From Pyrodictium abyssi (GTDB taxonomy: Archaea > Thermoproteota > Thermoprotei_A > Sulfolobales > Pyrodictiaceae), in assembly GCF_036323395.1 (NCBI RefSeq), contig NZ_AP028907.1:1470001-1502000 (forward strand): a stretch of 32,000 nucleotides of DNA, written 5' to 3'. A program made the translations under genes and the position numbers. The first letter of the stretch is position 1. Every line of letters starts with the position of its first letter. Positions 1 through 6,638 of this stretch are shown here, piece after piece. Below the pieces are notes generated by a model. The model was not told where the DNA came from. It saw only the letters and a program-made list of their open reading frames with translations, and ran no database searches.

Positions 1-102
1 ATAAAGGATCTGTCATATATGCATAAGATAGACATCGTTGTCGACGAGCCCCCAGAAGGTGCAGAAGAGCTCACAGATGGCGTCTATGTGGCCAAGGCCT
101 AG
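1..102 (+). CDS. 3' end of an unidentified CDS (5' part lies outside the window)
   Basis: Frame 1 is open from base 1 to TAG at 100-102 (IKDLSYMHKIDIVVDEPPEGAEELTDGVYVAKA*). A T5 run follows at 109-113. It is too short to appear in the ORF track and the product is not recognisable. Confidence 0.35.
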   Translation: MKDLSYMHKIDIVVDEPPEGAEELTDGVYVAKA

Positions 103-108
103 GAACGG

Positions 109-113
109 TTTTT
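109..113 (+). terminator. Oligo-T run, possible archaeal terminator for the truncated upstream CDS
   Basis: TTTTT lies 7 nt after the TAG stop. Archaeal termination commonly uses T-stretches. Confidence 0.3.
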
Positions 114-240
114 CACAGCCCGCCCCGAGCAAACACGCATCTCCACATCCCGACAGACGCTAAATACCATGAATGGACGCAGGCATAGCACATGGAGCCC
201 CGGAGCCGCTATGACTACTTGGATAGCAACCGCCCTTACC

Positions 241-295
241 GGGGATGACTGGAGCCGAGCAGCTGACAGGTGATGTATCGGATTTCGTCTGACCC
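241..295 (+). ncRNA. Candidate C/D-box sRNA (2'-O-methylation guide)
   Basis: Layout is GGGATGA (242-248, C box, one mismatch to RUGAUGA), 14 nt, CTGA (263-266, D'), 3 nt, GTGATGT (270-276, C'), 12 nt, CTGA (289-292, D). It is intergenic and about 55 nt long, as expected for archaeal C/D sRNAs. Weak points are the 14-nt first spacer and the absence of a clear terminal stem. Confidence 0.4.
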
Positions 296-344
296 ACAGC
301 ATACCAGGCCAGACATGTTTAACAGAGCCCAACCCGGCCACACT

Positions 345-480
345 TACTCCACTGGACCCGCGACGCCCGGGGAGAGGCCGCCCGACCGGCCCGGCGGACT
401 GTGACCCCGGGTCTCCCGGCCTTCAACCCACCATTCTGTGCCCACCCTGATCCGCTTGTAGAGGCTGTTTCCTCGGCTAG
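345..480. ncRNA. GC-rich island, probable stable structured RNA of unassigned class
   Basis: 50 of the 60 bases in 361-420 are G/C, far above the flanks. No credible ORF exists in any frame. Local helices include CCGGGAGACCCGG and GCCGCC...GGCGG. The G-rich minus strand is the more RNA-like and has a TATA-like CTATAA about 25 nt upstream of position ~476. Confidence 0.3.
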
Positions 481-538
481 AGGCTAGGTTATAGCACCCC
501 CTTCCCTGATGCACGCTTACTTCATGGTGGCCGATTAG

Positions 539-1147
539 ATGGCGACAGACCGTAACAGGCTTAGAAACCTTGACAGAATGTTAACAGCACTAAAGTCTAC
601 ACCGCGTACCGGGTGGATGCTACGCGGCGTACATGCTGCACTTGCTGAGAGCATTGCCGAGCATATGGCCGAGTCCGCCGTACTAGCCCTTCTAATAGCC
701 GAGTTCCTGAGAAAGAAGGGAGTTAACGTCAACGTATTCAGGGCCGCTGCGATATCAGCGGTACATGACCTCTCAGAAGCAGTGATTGGCGACATAGTGA
801 AGATGACAGCAGACGCTATAGGGAAGGAGCGTAAAGAGCATCTCGAGCTCACTGTAGCCCGAGACATGGTTGGAGAAGATAGCATAGTATACGACCTAAT
901 ATACGAGTACATCGAGCAAAAGACCATAGAATCACAGGTAGCTAAGCTGGCTGAAACCCTTTCAACACTGCTCCAAAGCCTACGCTACATTAGTCAAGGC
1001 TACAGGGATGTAGCCGAGATCGCTTGTTCATCCGCACACAGCATAGATAGAATGCTACAAGATTCAAAAGACATAGCCGAGCTGAAGGAAATTCTAGACG
1101 AGTTTGTCAGAGCTGGCAAAGAGGCCTGCAAAGCTCTAACCTCATAA
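539..1147 (+). CDS. HD-domain phosphohydrolase (YfbR-like 5'-deoxynucleotidase family)
   Basis: 202-aa ORF. The motifs RTGW...ESIAEH...AVHDLSEAVIGDI match the H...HD...D signature of HD-superfamily nucleotidases. A hairpin GGTGTagtcACACC plus T-run follows directly after the stop (1148-1166). Confidence 0.8.
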   Translation: MATDRNRLRNLDRMLTALKSTPRTGWMLRGVHAALAESIAEHMAESAVLALLIAEFLRKKGVNVNVFRAAAISAVHDLSEAVIGDIVKMTADAIGKERKEHLELTVARDMVGEDSIVYDLIYEYIEQKTIESQVAKLAETLSTLLQSLRYISQGYRDVAEIACSSAHSIDRMLQDSKDIAELKEILDEFVRAGKEACKALTS

Positions 1148-1834
1148 GGTGTAGTCACACCTATTTAATATATCGAAATACTACTCTGCAGCTTATTTTA
1201 CAAGCAAGATAGCAGGCCATAGACTTAATAGATCTAGAAGTCTTTTAACAAGTAGTATCCTGTAGCATGCTCGGCTCTGACTCCTCCAAATTATAGACAA
1301 GAAGAATACTTGTTACATATACTGCTCATGAATGTCATGGAGTTGGAGATGGGTATCAGGCGATATCCATGCAGGCTATTGGACTGCGCCGTTCTCTCCT
1401 GAAGGGATGATATGGTAATGTTGAGACTGTATTATGATGTTTCTGGGTAAGGTAGAACGTTGTAGCTACTGGGCTTCCGGCGGCGTATTGGTTAACCTAT
1501 AAGTTAGTTGATATGCTTGCTGTACGTAGTCGCGACAGGCGATATTAGTGAGAAGCCGAGAGCGTAGCCGTATGTCGCGCCTGGCTGCAAGGGTAGGTGC
1601 GCTGGGCTGCTCAGCAGCCGGCTTCATACTAACTATAGCTAATTATATAGTGTAAAAGCTGCTCATTATGTGACTATACTTATATATTAGATAGTAGTAT
1701 GGATAATCATGTTGCTGATGTATGAAGATAGAGGGCGTAATAGAGAAAGCATATTCTGTATAATGATGAGAAGATGGTGATATGTTATATAGTCATTTAA
1801 CTATTGTTCTATAAAGCTATGTTGATATAGGACG

Positions 1835-2521
1835 TTAAAGTGTTGTGTTATATGTTTCTAATTTGGTAATAGTATTAAGTGTTAATTTGACGCCTTTGTG
1901 GGACCATTCTATCGCGTGTACGGGCGAGAGGGAGTGTACGTGTGCGCCAAGCTGTCTAGCTAGGAGAGATAGCGAGTAGAGTAGCAGCGGTACTACGCCC
2001 CAGACACGTTTCCCCTGAAGACTGGCTATGAGCTTCCTATATCGTGAGGCGAGGAATTTTGCTAGCTTTTGTCTCGCTTCGTTGCCGTTTAGGGCAAAGA
2101 ATACCTTATACTTCATGGCTAGTAGTCTAGCGCCGCGTGTAAGGCCGGATGGTGATATATAGATGTATGCTATGTCAGCCGTATCGAAGTATTTGCCCCT
2201 AAGCTTTGAGATGAAATGCTGTAGTCTCTTTATCCTGTTAGAGAACTGTAGAGGTGAAGTGGGCCTTGATTCCTGTGTTGAAGCGTATATTGCTACTACT
2301 AGTGGGTTTGAGCCAGGCATTTCTACAACTATAACGTGTAGCCTCATGTCCCCTGAACTGTGAACTGAGACAGGTCTGGTTATCCGTGAGACGCCGGCTG
2401 CCTCGACTACTCTTGCTATACTGCGTGCGCCCCCTATGAGGGGGAGTAGTATCTTGTTTGCTTCTGATAGGGCCCTTGCTTTACGCTCGCTGTTACTAGG
2501 TAGCGGCAATGTAATCCCCAT
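1835..2521 (-). CDS. Hypothetical protein (orphan, 228 aa) with a hydrophobic C-proximal segment
   Basis: This is the only long ORF in a 1.8-kb low-density stretch. It looks more A+T-rich by eye than the neighbouring genes. I recognise no motif. WGVVPLLLYSLSLLA could be a transmembrane or amphipathic helix. Confidence 0.5.
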   Translation of the reverse strand: MGITLPLPSNSERKARALSEANKILLPLIGGARSIARVVEAAGVSRITRPVSVHSSGDMRLHVIVVEMPGSNPLVVAIYASTQESRPTSPLQFSNRIKRLQHFISKLRGKYFDTADIAYIYISPSGLTRGARLLAMKYKVFFALNGNEARQKLAKFLASRYRKLIASLQGKRVWGVVPLLLYSLSLLARQLGAHVHSLSPVHAIEWSHKGVKLTLNTITKLETYNTTL

Positions 2522-2910
2522 CGCTGTGAAAGGTGTCGGATGTCTGGGCTCAGCTTTCCATGTAGGATGGCTGCTTGCCCTGTATTGAAGAATTGATCAA
2601 CTGTTGCACTGGACAGGAAGAGTCTACGTTGGCTGCGCAGCTGCCTGGCTCAGGGTAGTACGTAAGAGTGGCGTTGTTCTTCCTGTGTAGTAGAGCCTGT
2701 CCAGAGATGTATGGTCTGTGGCATGTGTAGCATTGGAGCGTGGGCTCTGCCTGTCAGGGTTAATTGCATAGGGTGCTCCTGCCCTAGAGAGGTATCGTGG
2801 GCTGTGACGAGTGGACCACGGAACGAGCCCCTAGCGGGGGCTATGAGTGTAATCCCCGCATCGCTGAGCCATGGCTGGCAGCTGTGTGGCCGTTAGAGGG
2901 TGGTTGTGGC

Positions 2911-2942
2911 TAGTGTAGCTCCGGCCGCGCTACACTATATTA
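2911..2942 (+). promoter_or_regulatory. map promoter region: perfect 9-bp inverted repeat overlapping a TATA-like box
   Basis: TAGTGTAGC (2911-2919) and GCTACACTA (2929-2937) are exact reverse complements with a 9-nt spacer. The TATA-like CTATATTA (2935-2942) overlaps the right arm and ends 35 nt before the GTG start at 2978. Confidence 0.35.
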
Positions 2943-2977
2943 GGATGGTAATAGGTACGGGTTAGGGGAGGCTCATC

Positions 2978-3886
2978 GTGGATGAAGATGTTGTTAAGAA
3001 GTATATCGAAGCTGGGCGTATTGCACGAATAGTACGAGATGAAGCAGTTAAGCTGATAGAGGCTGGTAGGAGGCTTATCGATGTCTGTGAGTACGTGGAG
3101 AACAGGACAAGGGAGCTAGGCGCTGCACCAGCCTTCCCATGCAACATATCAGTCAACGAAATTGCTGCACATTACTCGCCCCTGGTCGGGGACGAGTCCA
3201 CTATACCCGAGAATGCTGTTGTTAAGCTCGACATAGGCGTTCATGTTGACGGCTATATAGCCGATACGGCCGTAACAGTGTCGCTTGACGACAAGTGGAC
3301 TCCGCTCCTCGAAGCTGTAGAGGAGGCGCTATCCAGAGCCATAGAGCTGGTCAAACCAGGTGTAAAGTTTGCAGAAGTTGGTAAAGCTATAGAGAATGCG
3401 ATAACAAGTAGGGGGTTTAAGCCGATAACCAACCTTGGAGGGCATAGTCTAGCCCGGTACACTATACATGCTGGCGAGAGTATTCCAAACGCTTATGATG
3501 TTCTGGCTCGTGGGAGATTTTCAGTAGGAAAAGCCTACGCTATAGAGCCGTTCGGGACAAACGGGGCAGGGCTTGTATATGAAGGAGAGCTAATAACAAT
3601 ATATGCGCTCGTACGTACTAGTCTGAGACGGAGACTTGACCCGCGGACTAGGCGTGTACTGGAAGCGATAAAGGAGAGATTCAAGACGCTCCCCTTCAGC
3701 GAGAGATGGCTAGTAGATGTAGAACAGGATGTGGATGTGCTCAGGAAGAGTCTAAGGAAGCTGGCACGCATGGGCTACCTAGTGCAATACCCGGTACTCA
3801 TAGAGAAGGGTAGAGGCATTGTTGCACAGTTCGAGCATACCGTAGTAATCACAAGTAGCGGTGAGGTCATAGTTACGACGAGGTGA
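2978..3886 (+). CDS. map: Methionine aminopeptidase, type 2 (archaeal)
   Basis: 302 aa with a GTG start. The ...NEIAAHYSP..., KLDIGVHVDGYIADTA, GHSL..Y.IH and AQFEHTV blocks are typical of the archaeal type-2 MetAP metal-binding core. Confidence 0.95.
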   Translation: MDEDVVKKYIEAGRIARIVRDEAVKLIEAGRRLIDVCEYVENRTRELGAAPAFPCNISVNEIAAHYSPLVGDESTIPENAVVKLDIGVHVDGYIADTAVTVSLDDKWTPLLEAVEEALSRAIELVKPGVKFAEVGKAIENAITSRGFKPITNLGGHSLARYTIHAGESIPNAYDVLARGRFSVGKAYAIEPFGTNGAGLVYEGELITIYALVRTSLRRRLDPRTRRVLEAIKERFKTLPFSERWLVDVEQDVDVLRKSLRKLARMGYLVQYPVLIEKGRGIVAQFEHTVVITSSGEVIVTTR

Positions 3887-3978
3887 GGTCCCTAGAGCTA
3901 CAGACGCTAGTAGGAACGGAGGCGCTCCAAATATAGAGCAGTGTAATAAAAGCGGCCATCCATGAGGGTCTGGGTGCG

Positions 3979-5127
3979 ATGCCGGTAAACACTACAATGC
4001 CTTTCGCCGGCTCTTCGTCTGACATAGCCACCTGGATAATAGCGATAAGCATACTTGTGTCCACGGTTCTATCGATTATGGCGTTCCTCGGCATAGCTCA
4101 GGGGCTGCAGGTAAGGATATGGAGGAACCAGATAGAGGCCAAGCTAAGACTTCTCGAAAGCTATAGGGATACAGCTCGCGACGAGGCACGTAAGAAGCTC
4201 GAAAAGCTTGGGGCAAGGGATCCCGATGGGGTAGTGAATACTGTGATGGAATACTTTGTGATAGAACCAGTCTCGATAGAGCCTACGGACATCATAAAGC
4301 GTCTCGAAAAGATACTACGCACGGAGGAGGAGCGCATAGAAGACATAGTAGCTCGTAGCCTGCCCCAGGGTGTCAACGACGTAGAGAAGAAGAACATTGT
4401 GACACTATTAGCCATAACTAATGCCTTGAACACTCTCTACAAGTTTGTGAGACACGTACTGCTCCTAGGTATTAAAACCAAGAATGCTATGCTGGTTGCA
4501 CAGCTCTGGATGATGATGCCGTTCTACATGAGAATAGCTAAAGCCTACTTTGACGCAGTAAAGACTATAAGCAAGGGTATACCTATAGGCGATGCCGCCG
4601 GGCCATTAGCAGCTTACCGGCTCATGAAGTCCCTTACCATGGAGGCTGGGCCCCGCGAGGTTACAAAAGACACAATATATACCGTACACCGTTTCGAGGA
4701 ACGTAAAGTCATAATCGTTAAGGCACGTGGACCAGGCAGCACTGTTGGACGACCCGGTGAAGCAGTGGAAAAGATAGTCAACGACGAGCTACAGGGCAAC
4801 GTGGCAGCCATAATAACTGTAGACGCGGCGCTAAAGCTCGAGGGCGAGGATACAGGGTCGATAGCTGAGGGTACCGGTGTAGCTATGGGCGATCCTGGCC
4901 CAGAGAAGATACGTATCGAGCGTGTAGCAGTAGCCCACGGAGCCCCACTCTATGCTATAGCTATTAAAATGAGTCTCGAAGAAGCCATAACAGCCATTAA
5001 GAAGGAGATTGTCGACGGTGTTGAGAAAGCAGTTGAACGCGTTAAAAAACTGATAATCGAGTCGACACGGCCTGGAGACACTGTAATAGTGGTAGGTGTT
5101 GGTAATACCCTTGGTGTCTCTCAGTAA
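3979..5127 (+). CDS. Conserved archaeal membrane-anchored protein of unknown function (DUF1512-like; family name unverified)
   Basis: 382 aa. It has an N-terminal transmembrane helix (IATWIIAISILVSTVLSIMAFLGIA), then a charged coiled region and a globular C-terminal domain. Length and layout match my recollection of the archaea-specific DUF1512 family. Confidence 0.65.
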   Translation: MPVNTTMPFAGSSSDIATWIIAISILVSTVLSIMAFLGIAQGLQVRIWRNQIEAKLRLLESYRDTARDEARKKLEKLGARDPDGVVNTVMEYFVIEPVSIEPTDIIKRLEKILRTEEERIEDIVARSLPQGVNDVEKKNIVTLLAITNALNTLYKFVRHVLLLGIKTKNAMLVAQLWMMMPFYMRIAKAYFDAVKTISKGIPIGDAAGPLAAYRLMKSLTMEAGPREVTKDTIYTVHRFEERKVIIVKARGPGSTVGRPGEAVEKIVNDELQGNVAAIITVDAALKLEGEDTGSIAEGTGVAMGDPGPEKIRIERVAVAHGAPLYAIAIKMSLEEAITAIKKEIVDGVEKAVERVKKLIIESTRPGDTVIVVGVGNTLGVSQ

Positions 5128-5149
5128 GGCCAGAGGGAGTGGTCTAGCC

Positions 5150-5473
5150 ATGCTGGCCACAGACCAGCCCATGCTGATAGGATACATGGTGGTGCTCCTC
5201 TCTACTACAGTGATACTCGCCTATATGCTAGCAGCCACTGTTAGAAAGCGGCGAGAAGCGGGGCAGCGGGTGGTAAGCGTACTCAGATGCACATCATGTA
5301 ATATATCGGTTAAGCGTGGGTTCCGTGAAGGCGACTATGTTGGTAAAATAGTTGACGATAAATGTCCTCAATGCGGTGGAAGCATGGTAGTGGAATCGAT
5401 CTATGAGGAGAAAGTCGAGTCCGCATCAACCTTGCTTCTATATGGATTCAAGAACAAAAAGGACAAAGGATAA
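5150..5473 (+). CDS. Small membrane-anchored zinc-ribbon protein
   Basis: I prefer the ATG at 5150 because the track start at 5096 overlaps the upstream gene. It has an N-terminal transmembrane segment (MLIGYMVVLLSTTVILAYMLAA) and CTSC...CPQC, a four-cysteine zinc ribbon. Confidence 0.6.
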   Translation: MLATDQPMLIGYMVVLLSTTVILAYMLAATVRKRREAGQRVVSVLRCTSCNISVKRGFREGDYVGKIVDDKCPQCGGSMVVESIYEEKVESASTLLLYGFKNKKDKG

Positions 5474-5476
5474 AAA
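5469..5476 (+). promoter_or_regulatory. TATA-like box for the 5S rRNA gene
   Basis: GATAAAAA ends 27 nt upstream of the predicted mature 5S 5' end. It overlaps the stop codon of the preceding CDS. Confidence 0.4.
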
Positions 5477-5503
5477 CCCCGCCGGAGGCTTGCTTACCTA
5501 CAT

Positions 5504-5631
5504 GGCCCGACCCGGCCATAGCGGCCGGGCAACACCCGGACTCATGTCGAACCCGGAAGTTAAGCCGGCCGCGTTGGGGGATGCTGTGGGGTCCGCGAGG
5601 CCTCGCAGCGCCCCCAAGCCGGGATCGGGCC
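5504..5631 (+). rRNA. rrn5: 5S ribosomal RNA
   Basis: The closing helix is GGCCCGA (5504-5510) with TCGGGCC (5625-5631). The internal block CAACACCCGGACTCATGTCGAACCCGGAAGTTAAGCC is the conserved crenarchaeal 5S core. A T-run follows at 5668-5674. Track ORFs 5403..5729(+) and 5448..5651(-) are artefacts of this gene. Confidence 0.93.
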
Positions 5632-5871
5632 GCTACAGCCGGTTGATCCACAACCTCTCCTCCTCACCTTTTCTCGCATACGCGCAGCTCACGCTGCATT
5701 TGGTTGTCGTGCCTGGTTTCTGGCTGTAGGTTGGTGTACGGTAGCCCGTTATGCTGAAGTTATGTTGGATGTGTTTACATTCAAAGAGCTTTATACTTGG
5801 GAGTGTTGGGCTATACGTAGATGGAGAGAAGAGGCGTACGACCCTATAGGCTAAGGTAAGGGTGACATGGT

Positions 5872-6561
5872 ATGGGTTATGTTCGCTGGCTAGGCCATTC
5901 GGCCTTTGAGATGCAGATTGACGGTTACCGGGTCCTTGTAGATCCTTGGCTTAGTAACCCACAGTCCCCTGTGAGCGTCAAAGACTATGAGGGTAAAGTC
6001 GATCTAGTGGTAGTGACGCATGACCACCTAGACCACCTTGGCGATGCTATAGAGATACTAAGGCTAAACCCTAGCGCAAAGTTTGCTGCCATATATGAAC
6101 TAGCAAACTACGTTGCAGAGCAGCTAGGCGATAATTCTGGGAGGATAATTGGAGCCAATATAGGCGGACCCCTCAAGCTCCCAGGCATAAGCCTCAAGGT
6201 CATGTTCTTCCCTGCAACCCATAGCAGCGATCGTGGAGCACCTACGAGCGTGGTTATAGCTGGTAGAGAGGCTACCGTGTTCCATGCTGGCGACACCGGG
6301 CTCTTCGCCGAAATGCAGTTCATAGGCGAGCTGTACAACCCCGACATAGCTCTGCTCCCTATAGGCGGGCACTTCACCATGGACGTAGTCCAGGCTGCAA
6401 AGGCGGTCGAGCTTCTAAAACCGCGCGTAGCTATTCCGATGCACTACAATACCTTCCCCGTTATAGAAGCCGATCCCCAGGAGTTTGCCAGGCTGGTCGC
6501 AGAGAAGGGGCTAGACACTAAGGTAGTAGTGCTGAAGCCGGGCGAGTCCTACGAGTTCTAG
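5872..6561 (+). CDS. Metallo-beta-lactamase-fold hydrolase, UPF0173 family
   Basis: 229 aa. The start MGYVRWLGHSAFEM... and the THDHLDHLGD (HxHxDH) motif are typical of the UPF0173 metal-dependent hydrolases. Confidence 0.85.
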   Translation: MGYVRWLGHSAFEMQIDGYRVLVDPWLSNPQSPVSVKDYEGKVDLVVVTHDHLDHLGDAIEILRLNPSAKFAAIYELANYVAEQLGDNSGRIIGANIGGPLKLPGISLKVMFFPATHSSDRGAPTSVVIAGREATVFHAGDTGLFAEMQFIGELYNPDIALLPIGGHFTMDVVQAAKAVELLKPRVAIPMHYNTFPVIEADPQEFARLVAEKGLDTKVVVLKPGESYEF

Positions 6562-6638
6562 TGAAGACGGTCTCCCGTTGCTCGTTATCCTAGTTTTTAA
6601 TCCCTTCTGGCTCCCACTCGGGTGTCCTGGGTCCCGGC

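Noticed and set aside
99-341. 80-aa minus-strand ORF in the first spacer
   Set aside because: It has a GTG start directly after an in-frame TAA and a composition unlike the real genes. It overlaps the candidate C/D sRNA and runs into the terminator and stop of the truncated upstream CDS. I treat it as spurious.
348-356. ORB-like origin-recognition-box core TCCACTGGA (a second weak one, TCCAGAGGGGGA, lies at 28319-28330)
   Set aside because: These are single 9-12-nt hits with no extended ORB consensus, no repeated or inverted copies and no adjacent AT-rich unwinding element. A 9-mer is expected by chance about 0.25 times in this window.
100-500. RNase P RNA or SRP RNA on the minus strand
   Set aside because: Look-alikes exist (GAGGAAAC, GGTAAGGG, GAGATG...GTGAAAAACCG). 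The invariant CR-I GAGGAAAGUCC, the CR-V ACAGAA-CCGGCUUA with P4 pairing, a P1-P3 region and the SRP helix-8 GGAAGGGAGCA motif are all missing. The similarity is too loose to call.
1763-1800. Perfect C-box ATGATGA (1763-1769) as another C/D sRNA
   Set aside because: No CTGA D' or D box lies at 12-nt spacing downstream and there is no C' partner. It is probably a chance match in AT-rich sequence.
1579-2658. Possible direct repeats flanking the orphan ORF (GCCTGGCT..GGGTAG at 1579-1596 and 2643-2658) as att-like sites
   Set aside because: Only 8+6 matching bases with different internal gaps. There is no integrase and no tRNA target. This is too weak to call an integration scar.
2711-2896. 61-aa Cys-rich plus-strand ORF
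   Set aside because: It has no start context or promoter and an odd composition, and it lies in a region better explained by RNA-like helices. I did not call it as a CDS.
5403-5729. 108-aa (+) and 67-aa (-) ORFs
   Set aside because: Both run straight through the 5S rRNA gene and are artefacts of its GC-rich sequence.
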